Of a stretch of 64,000 nt of DNA, positions 51,045 through 62,124 are shown in pieces. This DNA is from Lepidodermella squamata. Taxonomy: Eukaryota > Animalia > Gastrotricha. The stretch lies in the NCBI GenBank assembly GCA_047495785.1, contig JBLDXI010000061.1, positions 1-64,000 on the forward strand, in the 5' to 3' direction. Under the pieces are notes generated by a model. That model was not told where the DNA came from. It saw nothing but the letters and a program-made list of their open reading frames with translations, and made no database searches. The translations under genes were made by a program, and so were the position numbers. Numbering within the stretch: position 1 is the stretch's first letter; every line of letters begins with the position of its first letter.

Positions 51045-52179
51045 CTTGAAAGTGAACAATCAATCTATGCGAAGAATTCAGTGCATTCAGTTCGCTCCGT
51101 CCTTGTCCGACTATTGGCTCAGTTCTGCTAGACCGAATCGAAGCTTTGTTAGTGACAGAAACATCGTCTAACGCGAAAGTCCAAACTGACATTAGATCAT
51201 ATTTTAACTAACATAATTTAATCCTTGTAAATAAAATGGTAATTATTATATGGCCCGGACGAGCTGCGGCGCGGTAGTTTAGCAAGGTACCATAGTTTTC
51301 ACTACTAGACTTTCTTCTAGAAATGAAACTTTCCAGAAACTGTCTTGTTTGAAACGAACACAAAAACCACTCAGGGACACCTTAAAAAGACCTTAAATCT
51401 CATTTGCTACTGTCACTTTTCATTTTGTCCACCTACGGTACCGTACTAAACGGCAACGTGTTCACTACGGTAGACGGTATAACTACGGTAAGAACTACGG
51501 TGATGCTACGGTTAGAAAATGGGGCTAATACCATATCTAACCCGGGAGTTGTAGAAAGCCATAGGCGAGTCAAAGTGTATGCTAAATTGAACCAAGCGCT
51601 GACTAACGGAAAACTCAGCGGTACTGGGAGTTGAAGAGGCTCAGTTCGTGGAAGATAGTGAAGTAAGACCGGGGAACTGGTAGGGACGATCCCTACCATC
51701 CCTAGCGGTAGTTCTCTCGCAGAGTGAAGTGTCCGTTTCCTCGCTCGTAGAAAATAGTACTAATAATGCCTCTATCCAGGGAGTCATAGAACGGAGTGAT
51801 CTATGCAGGGAGTTATGAAAGTCTCAATGCGATACGCGGCGGCTGCCACGCACCGGAGAACCGATAACTCGGCGGTTCTGGGAGTTGTAGAGACTCAGTT
51901 CGTCGCAGATCAAGTTCGGACGCATCAAACTGCCGGTGATAGCAGCCCAAGAGCCTAAGAGCAACAGATTCGGTCAACGGCGTAATGAGTTTCAACAACT
52001 GATCGAGTAACCTATGAGCAACATCGACAGACAGCGCAAGGACGCCGCCATCCCCGAGCTTCATAGGACAGGCCGAACGCTTCGGCCAGTACCTTTAAAG
52101 ACTCCTGAGTAGCTGCCACGCTTCATGTTGGCTGTTAGAGCGCCTACCTTCTACAAAAAGAAGGTTAGTAATATCGCAT

Positions 52180-52660
52180 CAGATAGCTGTCTGCTGGGCA
52201 TTGAGCGTCAAGATCGATGGGCATGAGTTCGATCCCCACCCGGGTCGACCACGAATATCAATGACGCCGTGCCCCAACGGTGGCCGACGAATTCATCGTG
52301 TTACAAAAGTCAAAAGTGGTAGATTGGGAATGTCAGCAAGACTGCACCAATCGCTACCTATCTGCCCTCAAGAGACCCCAACAAGCGACCCCAAGAGCGC
52401 TCATTCGGGACCCATGGCCTCGGCCCATCCATTCAACGAATGGGACGTCTCAAAAATCACAAAGAACTTTCATTTCATTTTTTGTCGAATTGCCGAATTG
52501 TCGTTGCTCAATTGTCATATAACCACGCAAGAATATCAGCAATCGCATTTAGACCCAAAAGCCAAAACTATTTGAAATAATTAACAGCGTGCGCGAATGG
52601 CGTGCATAGATTGTGCGCACACTGGCGGCATACAAACAAACAAACAAACAAACAAACAAC
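52180..52660 (+). mobile_element. Putative tRNA-derived SINE
   Basis: B-box-like GAGTTCGATCCCC (~52225-37) at the 5' end and an (AAAC)n tail at 52634-52660. No cloverleaf. Confidence 0.45.
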
Positions 52661-53360
52661 TTGTCAACTCACAAACGGTGACAGTATGGGGGTTCCCCCC
52701 GGCACATCCTATTAGCTGCTGTATTAAATTTTAAATTCTGCATTGCTGATAGGATTATTATACTACAACTTGTACTCGAAGTCTCCTCTTCAGTTATAGC
52801 TGATTGGATATTGGAAATTGTTTGGGAATCGAAACTGGAAAATTGGCGAAATTCCGGTAAAAGGTCGTTACTCTACTATTGCTGAGTGCTGGCTATTTCG
52901 ATATATTCAGCCTGTTATCACCATATTTGTTGAAACTAAGTTTCATGAATTATTCTCATGGTTTCATTTCCTTTTTTTTCATTTTCGAGTATTTCGTTGC
53001 GTTGAAAATAAAGATGCACGGCAACGGCTTACGGCTACCTGTGAAATCTTAAATCGAAGAATTCCAGAAGAGCAGGAGAAAACTTTGAATAGTCATAGAA
53101 AAGATAAGCAAAGAAGCAGCAGAATTTCTCTATTCTCTTCAAGAGTCCAAGAGCGCAAGATAGCAATCGCAGCTAATGGCAATTTTATAGCCCTTGAACC
53201 GAAAGTAGTAATTTGGGATGCAACCGCTCCGCAGTTGTAAACAACCGCCATGTAGCAGTATAATTATATATAGAAATATACGCTAGCACTGGCGGTCCCT
53301 TACGTCGCAACACGAACGATATCCACAGCTAATTTTGCTTAAAAATTGCTCACATTAACT

Positions 53361-54849
53361 GATTCATTCAACTTGCCCAATGCAAGTTTACCAATGTGTA
53401 AAACACGCACCAGGTGTGCACTTAATGCGCGTGCGAGGAGAATCGCGTGAACATGCACAGTCACATGATTTGCTAGTGTATGCGTGCGCTGAAAAACAAG
53501 ACCAGGGGGCAGTTAATCTTTCATTCACCTCTATCGATTCTTTTGTAACACTCTACGTAATCATCGCTGTTGTAAAAAAATGATTCGTAGTAAATCTCGT
53601 AATGAACCGAACATCAAGTGCCAGAAGTGCGGCCGTAAATTTCGTGACGGCCGAGGGATAGCCCAGCACAAGCGTGGTAATAACTGCAAGCCGACGTCGG
53701 CTAAGAAGCGTCGCATGGCATCACCGTTCACAGCAGTCAGGTAATGATATTCTTAGAAGTAATGTTCAGGTAATGAACAATATTCTTAGATATTATCGTA
53801 ATCAGCTTTTTCGTCAAATCTAGGCACCGAATCCGCGTCTTCATCGTCATCATCACCGGCCGCTTCCTCTTCCTCTTCAATCCCCTCGCCGCCTGAATTT
53901 CGACCGCATTCGCCCTCCTTGAAAACAAAGAAGGTGACCTCTATTCGGCCCTCTTCAAGTACCTGACTAATTACATCACCGTTCAAACAGCAAGCTTCGA
54001 GTTGGAGGAGGTGACTTGTGATTTTGAAACCGGTATCTTAGCTACTCTGCGGAAACTGAAGGTAAACGGAAATCACATCCGCATTATAGGGTGTTTTTTC
54101 CATTACGCAAAAGCTGTGCTTACCTGGATTTAGGCGAAGGGGTTGAAGGGTCGGTATCAAAAAACTAAGTCTCGACGCTGGGTTAGGCGCCTAATGGCTC
54201 TTGCTCTACTACCCATTGCTGATATCAAGCTAGTCAGCCCGCACATTATTGAACGGATGAGGCGAATCTTCCGGCGTGATGATAAAATAGTCGAATTTTG
54301 CAAGTACTGGGAGAAGCAGTGGCTGACGACTGTTCCGCCCGAGGAGTGGTGCGTTTATGACGAAGATGTGAGATGTGCGCACGAACAACGGTGTTGAAGG
54401 CAACAACAGCCGATACAACAGAGCCGCGCGTTGTAGCCACCTCGCCTTTTGGCGCTTCTGTCTCCTGATAATCGCGATCGAAGACGAGACTGACAGTGAT
54501 TAAACCTCACGGCAAAATACAAGAAAAAGCGCGCTCCTCTCGTCAATAGTGATGCGGTCAAGAAGCTGGCCCTCAACACGCTGACCAAGTTTGAGTGTTA
54601 CCTTCATGACATGAACCGCCAAATTTGACTTGATTACCTCACTACTCGATTGCTTAAATAGCTTTAATCCATTTGTTTTGTGCGTAATAAATCCTCACCA
54701 TGCAAGGTTACTCAATAAAATTCGGCTTCCTAAACAGTTGTTCTTGGTACACTTGAATAAAACCAGAGGATTAGGGAGCGGATTAGGCATAAACGCGAGC
54801 AAACTGCTTCAAGTGCGTTCAAGTGTGCATTGGCAAAGTTGAAGACACC
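53361..54849 (+). mobile_element. Internally deleted MULE transposon with transposase pseudogene
   Basis: Direct repeat CATTAACT at 53353-60 and 54850-57. Imperfect TIR ...TTCAACTT..CCAATGCA. ATG 53580 begins a CxxC-x12-H-x5-C finger. From ~53907 the frame reads AFALLENK...CDFETG...GCFFHYAKAV...I*AKGL...RRLMALALLP...YWEKQWL...W, with RTNNGVEG in a shifted frame. Confidence 0.85.
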
Positions 54850-55634
54850 CATTAACTAGTTGTAGCCGCCTCCTCAGATAGGCAGTCCGGGTCTCCCGGA
54901 TACGACACTTTAGAGCCCTTGTTTTGCGCGTTACAGCTAAATAGCGGTAACGTTCAAGCTGAAAAGTAAACCCTAAATTACCTTACAGCTGTAACGCGTA
55001 CCTTAAAGGCACTGTATACGGCTTTTTTGGGTGCGACCAAATGATTGCTAACAATTTTGTTGGCCGATTTCGGACGTAACTAACGAAAATTTGGACTACG
55101 AAAATCAACACCGCATTTTTCAATCAGTTAATTTGGGTAAAAAATAACGAACATTTATTCCACGAGAATCAGTATTCTCGCCAATGACGAAAATTAAGTC
55201 ACACCGAAAGTTCAGCCGTATACATTATATTCCATTTTTCCGCATTTTTCTCGCCAATATAACTAATCTCTAGCTTATTTTCTTTTTTGGGGTTGTCTCT
55301 ATTTTTGCTCCGAACTCTGACCATCGCTGTTTTGACCTTTGACCGTCTAAAGACAAATCCATCGGGCGGACTTGAAACATTACACCGGCGGACTTTCATA
55401 TAATCGGACTTTCATAAAATCATAAAATAGTATGAAACATGTAATCGTTCTAATTTCACGCCTTCCTAACAACAAACGAATTATTTGTTGCACGACCCTG
55501 GACCCGGCCCCCATGCAGATAGCGGGGGAGCACTGTAGATTGTATTTTTTGGCGGCTGTTACCATATGTAAAAATGTTTCTTAGCATACGGGCCGAATTC
55601 GGATTCGGGCCCTAACACCTACATTGTTTCTAAA

Positions 55635-55973
55635 ATGTATAACCTTCTTAGATGGGAAGGTTACATGGCCATATCTGCTCATATCGTCAATTTTCAACTT
55701 GATCAAGTTGAAAAGATTAATTACAAAGAGGAACCTGGGCGGTTTGGGTTTGGTTCTTACCAAGTCGAGGTTAGCCGAACGATGGTAGATCGGACCTTGA
55801 CGCACATTGAAAGGGTTGCTTTTCAGAACTACATGGAGCATAGAGCCATTCAAAAAATGATCGAAAGCATCAGCTTCGATGAAAATTTGCTCCGCGCTGA
55901 ATCTGTGCGACATTTGCAGCAACGACAACAAATCGAGCCCGACAGCGCTGAGGAGTCGAGGGCCAACAATTGA
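55635..55973 (+). CDS. Hypothetical 112-aa ORF or terminal exon
   Basis: Protein-like composition, AATAAA ~10 nt after the stop, and a possible acceptor CTTCTTAG at 55644-51. No recognisable domain. Confidence 0.4.
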   Translation: MYNLLRWEGYMAISAHIVNFQLDQVEKINYKEEPGRFGFGSYQVEVSRTMVDRTLTHIERVAFQNYMEHRAIQKMIESISFDENLLRAESVRHLQQRQQIEPDSAEESRANN

Positions 55974-56271
55974 CAGTAAATAATAAACATTGTTTCAAAC
56001 TGTATTTGTGAGGTTGTTAACGTATGCAATTGTGTGTTTTGCCTTGGCTATAATTGTCAAATTATTATTTTTCCTCAACATTAAAATAAATGATTCCCAG
56101 TTTATCAGTCACCGACTAAGTAATTATAATAATTCCCGTGATTTCGCACATCAATAATTAAGGATATTTGTTAAGTTCTCAACAATAAAAGGTCACAAAT
56201 AAAATAACAAACAATGAAATTTGAAATAGTTTAAAATGTGAAGTTAGGGCAGTCGTTCAAATAGCATTTCT

Positions 56272-56997
56272 TTAGAATTCACGATGACATCGCTTTTGAT
56301 CACGAAGTATATGGACCCAATACGCCAAACCAGCCATAATCACCATAACAGCGACAAACACTGAAACGATGCCAATAATCATGAAAATCACAAGTTTTGG
56401 GGTATCTTCCTTATCATTCTTAATTGCATTTTGATTCGAAGTTTGCTGATCGAATCGTTCGCCGAGCACTGCGGCCCTTAAAGGCTGCGTTGTTTCGAAA
56501 TATTCTGTTTGTGTAGCAATACTAGTCGTTGATGAAGCAGTTGTAGTAGAAGCCAACGAGGTTTCAATTTCAGGCCGTTCTGTGGTAGTTGGACGTTTTG
56601 TGGTTGTTGTTGGACGTTCTGTGGTTGCTGTTGGAAGTTCTGTGGTTGTTGTTGGACGTTCTGTGGTTGTTGTTCGAAGTTCTGTGGTTGTTGTACGTTC
56701 TGTGGTTGTTGTTGGACGTTCTGTGGTTGTTGTTCGAAGTTCTGTGGTTGTTGTACGTTCTGTGGTTGTTGTTGGACGTTCTGTGATTGTGGGCCGTTCT
56801 GTGGTTGTTGTACGTTCTTTGGTTGTTGTTGGACGTTCTGTGGTTGTTGTACGTTCGGTGGTTGTTGATGTTGCTTGCGTCGTCGAAGAGGTTAATAACT
56901 GAGTACAGAATGTTTCTTCCAAAATGTCTTTTCCAGCTAGCAGCTGCTCGAGAGGAGCCATCATGGGTTTTGATTGATGATAAGAAATTGCGTTATC
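56272..56997 (-). CDS. Mucin-like single-pass membrane protein, terminal exon (TTTE(R/L)(P/R/T) repeats + TM helix)
   Basis: Thr-rich tandem repeats at 56580-56870, hydrophobic LVIFMIIGIVSVFVAVMVIMAGLAYWV and a short basic tail. In-frame acceptor TTAACAG at 57004-56998. Upstream exons were not identified. Confidence 0.7.
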   Translation of the reverse strand, partial: DNAISYHQSKPMMAPLEQLLAGKDILEETFCTQLLTSSTTQATSTTTERTTTTERPTTTKERTTTTERPTITERPTTTTERTTTTELRTTTTERPTTTTERTTTTELRTTTTERPTTTTELPTATTERPTTTTKRPTTTERPEIETSLASTTTASSTTSIATQTEYFETTQPLRAAVLGERFDQQTSNQNAIKNDKEDTPKLVIFMIIGIVSVFVAVMVIMAGLAYWVHILRDQKRCHREF

Positions 56998-57398
56998 CTG
57001 TTAACAAATTTTTTCAATTAGAGATACAGCATTACCCCCATATACAAAAGCAATAGGGCGGGGGCAGAGGCGGTGCTTGGTTCAAGGTTAGCTAATACAG
57101 CTGTTGCACGCGCGCTCACTAGGTGAGCAGAGCTTGGATGAATCATCAGAGTTAGCCAAGTCGCGTGCCACTATTTTCCTTGACTTATTATTTATAATTG
57201 CTCTTTCGTCGTTCCGCTCTTAACCTGTTGCTCCTATTATGTTTGCTCTTTTCGCACACTACCAAGAAAATAACGGCAAGGCTAAAACTATCCGATGTTT
57301 GAACTATGCGAGATCCGATATTTGGATCCAAAACCTGGGTCTGTCGAAAAGTCCTCTTTTCAGGTCACCGATGCGTCGTAGAGCATAATGTCTGCCAC

Positions 57399-57661
57399 CA
57401 AAATGTAGGCAATGACCCGGCGGTTCTTTTGACACCAAATTTGGGGCCAAAGACTTCAAGGAACGCATAGAAATCAACTTGTAAAAACAGTGAAATTTCG
57501 ATTGTTACGCCATCACCTGGGTCTAATAGTTAGGTCCTATTTTCGGTTCTGCTTTTTGGCTCTAATCCTAAATTTCGACGTTTTTCACTGTCATTTTCAA
57601 AGACCTGTGCAGCCCCCAAATTCGGTGTCAAAAGAACCGCCGGGTCATTGCCTACACTTTG
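57399..57661. mobile_element. MITE with ~48-bp TIRs
   Basis: TGTAGGCAATGACCCGGCGGTTCTTTTGACACC.AATTTGGGG and its reverse complement. Confidence 0.8.
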
Positions 57662-58089
57662 CCGTCGGCCAACCAGTAAAAACCGGTTTAAACCCGTGTG
57701 CGACTATCAGTGGGGTATGGGTGGGGTTGGGGAAAGGCACGCGGATATATTTCCAATAGCTCAGCCGGGCCTGACACCAATAGGAGAAATTATCCCACTG
57801 TTTTCAGAGGTTTTGGCTCATTTTTTTGCAAAAACAGTAAAACAATGTTTCCATCTCTGGCAGCTCTGGGATCCAAGATCGCACCCTGCCGGTACCGGTT
57901 TTTACCGGTATTTATCGGTTTTTCAATAATACAAAAATAATAATATAGAAATAATACATTTCAGTTATTTTAGCATGTATAAAAACCGGTTTTTTCACCG
58001 GTTTATACCGGTGGGTAGTTTTTTCTACCCTGTATTATACCCTGGAAATTATTCCAGTCTATGCGTGTGGAATCGCGGGTTATATGTTG

Positions 58090-59325
58090 TCAATTTACCT
58101 TTGTGACTTTTTGGGCGATGATTACTGCAGAATTGAAGCTAAATGGATAGCCATTTGGATCCGAGTGCAGCCCAGTAACATTCTCACCGCCTTGGTGCCA
58201 ACCGATACGGTAAGAAGCTTTGAACGGTAGCAATGAACTTACTATAGGTTTATAGTAGATGAAAACCGAATTCCATTCTAAAATTGCAGAATCAATGACT
58301 ATGCGCTCTATTCCAACTTTTGTTGCCCGGAAATAGAGCTCCGGCAAGTTTGCATCAATATGCGCTCGGCTGTCAATCCTAGACCAGAATAAAACACCAA
58401 TAGTCAAATCGGTTGCTTTCTTCACAGCTCCCATCTTCGAGCCAAACGCACGTATACAGGCAGGCGTTATGTCATCGCAAACAGAACTATGAATTCTCGA
58501 ATAGAATTTTTCGAGGTTATTGCCGCGGTTGAAGATAACAGCTGTGAAATGGATGTCGGGGAAAATCGGGGTAAACATCGACTCCATTTCCTCGACAATC
58601 GTTCTCGCAGCCTCATGGTAATCATCGGATGTGTCTGCCAATTCCAGTTAACTTTTAAGCTTTGGCGGCAGCTTTTCAGCAAAAGCATTCTCCTAATAGC
58701 CATCTTTCGATTGTTTTAATTTACTCAATAATTCCGTAAATTTTGTGTCGATGCCGATCGCATCCGCCAACCTCAACGCGGGTAGACACAAGTGCAAGGC
58801 TGTTTGATAGCCCTTAATCATTGTTTCAATGCTTTTAAACCAATGCAGCAAGTTGTGCGGGTCGTACTCGATTTGCCCACCTTCAAATTCTCCGGATATT
58901 TTGTTTGCAAAGTCATCGAAGCGTTGCGTAACGCAAAACTCCAAAAAAGTGGAATCACATTGTTTTGCCAGTCGAGTCTGGTTGTAACGAAGAAAAAAGG
59001 TTAATAGCCTGGCTTCTGTTTCGCCAAACCATTTTTTGAAAGATCTTAACTCCATCATAGCCACAGTGCGATCGGGCAATGTTTCGACACTGTTTTGTAG
59101 AGTGGTAAGTTTTTCTGAAATTTCGGCTAACTTCGCCGATACGCCTCCGTCGTCATCGAAAATAGCTTCGATATCGCCTGTTGCGTGGACACGCCGAGCA
59201 GCTCCGATAGCGCCCCAGAAAAACTCGATAGACTCTTTGGCGATAGCAAATATCTCATGGACTGGCACCAAAGTGGCGACATTAACACTGGCAATCAATA
59301 GGAAGGAAATAAGCAGAAGCTTCAT
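58090..59325 (-). CDS. Secreted, mostly helical protein of unknown family (~381 aa if a 90-nt intron 58724-58635 is spliced; otherwise a pseudogene)
   Basis: Signal peptide MKLLLISFLLIASVNVA (ATG 59325). ORFs 58693..59343 and 58090..58641 share one frame, separated by TAG (58693-95) and TAA (58648-50). Confidence 0.6.
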
Positions 59326-62124
59326 TTTGTAATTTAAATCCAAAGTAAAAGCAATTAATTAATATACACCGCAGAATGGCTATGGTGGTTTTATTCAGTA
59401 TTCAAAATTGTTACCAACGCTCTAACATGAGAATTAATTAACCAACAACGATTCCACATCGCGCGGTGAGCGACAAAACTTGATTAGAATACCCTGAGCG
59501 ACAATTTCGGGCCTTTTAACTGCCTAAATCAAAAAAACTAAATATGCAAATTAGCGAGAGTTTCTCTGAGGACAGTTTTCTGCAGAAAGTGTAGTTTTTT
59601 GAGGAGCTGGGGCAGCAGAACCGCGGTGAGAGTTTCGTTGTGAGAAATGGTTCCTACTTCGCAAAAAACTTGCTCATCGCTAATAGAACTTTCACTTCTG
59701 GCCGTTAGCACTTCACTGCACTGCTTCAAAAAAGACAGTTTTTCGGAAATCCTTCAGGTTTCATTTTATTCATCAAAATTAAATCAATTGAAAAAATTGA
59801 AAAATTGTCAAGTTAATAATGGATACTGTTTCACGAAACGCCATGGTCGAACATCGGCTGTGACCGATGCAGAAAACCGCCACTGGAGCAGGCCCGAAGA
59901 ACCTGTAGAAATAAATTGAAATTAATAATTGAAATTAATTGAACACGAAAATACCTTGCTAGTTATTCATCGATACCGTTACGAATTGTTAGCCGACTGG
60001 TTAAGACTGGTTCGACAACAGAATCGATTCGCGGGGCAAACCTGGGCGAAAATTACAGTTAAATTAAAGAAAATGGAATTAATTTCAAAATTACCTTGAA
60101 AATTCGACAAATATCTGACTTGTCCAAATTGCATGGTCGACACACCTGGTAGCAAGGCGGCGGGGTTGATGGATACAATGCGAAATTGAGGCCGATAGAA
60201 AAATTCTTACTAAATAGGGCATGGGACATTGATGTTTTGAAATTGAAAACTAAAATAAGATGATTTGAATGAACCAAAAAGCTACATTTTTGAAGCATGG
60301 CGTGATTACGCAACACCCCGAGGCTTGTGTGCACAACAATCGAACGCCATAATAACAATGATTTTGCCCTATTTCAGCTTTTATTTAGAACGACAATTTT
60401 CAGTCATTAGAAATTTGGCTTTTACGAAATATCTAAATTATCGAATTTTGTTGGTATTCTTATATTTTTGATGTTCAGGCTGAAAACGATAAAAATTCGG
60501 TTATTTTCAGGATCCAGGTAAATAATTAGTAAAAATTAGGAAAAATTGGGAAAAAAACGAGAAATTTTATGATAAATAAAATAAGTTCGATCCAGAAAGG
60601 TAGAAAGCAGTTTTTCGACCCAAGGAATTTTCCGCGAAAAAACTAGAGGTCGAGGCATCGAATTTCGTTCACTTTCGTTCGCTTCTTCTCACTTCGCAGT
60701 GAAAATATAGAAATCGCAAGTTTTTTAACGGCGACGAATTAATATTTCACCTGCAGTTAACTTCGGGTCTCGGGTCGCAAAATGCCGAATTTCCCAAGTT
60801 TTATAAAAAAAACTGTGTCAATTTAGCGAAGTGACTGGTTTCCAGCTTTAACTTCCAGTTTTTTCCAAAAACTGCAGTAAGTTTCGAAAAAAGATGAAAA
60901 ATGACAGTTAACGGCGTTTTTAGGCAGTTTCCTGCAATTCCCACTGGAACTTGGCAGTATTTCGCAAAAAACGTGCACTTGCTGCTCAGGGTAGAAACAA
61001 ATGGCGTAGAATTAACCTTTTGCATTCCGGCATATCACTAGATACTAGAGAGCCAGTTTTTTGGACTGTGTAAGTAATGAAAATAAAATGGGTGTTAAAT
61101 TTATAGATTGCAGTTATTCAATGGACAATGGAAAATCACGAATTAGAGACCAAATCTGGTGAGAAAAATACAGAAGTTGGCCATATTATGGTCCGGCATT
61201 GAAACTGCTTGATTTTCGAAAGAAACAACAGTGAGAGAATAATTTTATTTTTCGAAATAATTCAACTTTTATTGTTCAAGCCTTCACCATAGCCGTAAAA
61301 GCGCTGGACAGCAAACTACCTCTCTGGCTCTATGCGCCACGGGATATGTCCAGTCAAAAGGGAGAAATTTCCTGATTCATGGCCGTGGAATAAAATTTGT
61401 AAACGGATGTGATCAAATTCGAATTGTAAGCTGATTGGGTAATTGTTGACCCTGGTCTATGTCTTGAAGTCAAAGAGACCACCAATCATACGCAACTCAA
61501 CGAATGGTTTTATTCATTGTATTAAATGCCTTATATACGATGCTCCAAGACAACGATATCAAAAGGTGAATAGATAGTCAATAGTTGAATGTCGTTGCTT
61601 GGTGCATCCCAGGTCTACATAATTTTGGCCCGCATGGCGATGGGCTCGGAATTGTCGTTGCTTGGTTCATCCCAGGTCTACGCAATGGTGAATAATGAGT
61701 AGCAGTTAACAGGCACCGAATTGCAGTCTTTGCTAACTACAATTCACCTGCCCAAAAAAACATCAACAGCACATTGTAGCAAACACGTATTAGCCATCGC
61801 CTTTATACTCATATACAAGCGTAGGAGCATAAACGCGTATATGCCAATATGCCAGAAACTGCTTTCTACATATTACTTGTGCTTAAAAGTGAACAAAAAC
61901 TCATATAAGGTGTACGAATAGCTACAAGGTATTGACATCTACTTCTGCTATTACGGTAATATATAAGTCAGTTTACCATTGTGCTACAACAGGTGAGATA
62001 ACATAACTCGATTGCTATATATATTTCTCTAAATATTTTCTAATATTGTTCAAGCTCATTGATCAATTCTGATCAAGTCTCCATTCTCGCTGCTCTGCTA
62101 GATTCGCAGTTTTGCTCGACTAGA

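Larger units (their letters stand above)
47895..53322. mobile_element. ~5.4-kb TIR-bounded composite element, unclassified
   Basis: 29-bp inverted repeat ATATCGTTCGTGTTGCGACGTAAG(A/G)GACC at 47895-47923 and 53294-53322 (one mismatch). Several MITEs are nested inside. Confidence 0.55.

Noticed and set aside
52180-52255. tRNA gene
   Set aside because: Only a B-box-like motif, with no acceptor or anticodon stems. Treated as a SINE head.
56582-57056. Val/Leu-rich repetitive ORFs on the + strand
   Set aside because: Antisense shadows of the Thr-rich mucin repeats.
54131-58695. TAG/TAA reassigned to Gln (in-frame stops at 54131, 58648 and 58693)
   Set aside because: The lectin genes end at TAG/TAA at homologous positions and long ORFs contain no internal TAR. 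Point mutation or an intron explains these stops.
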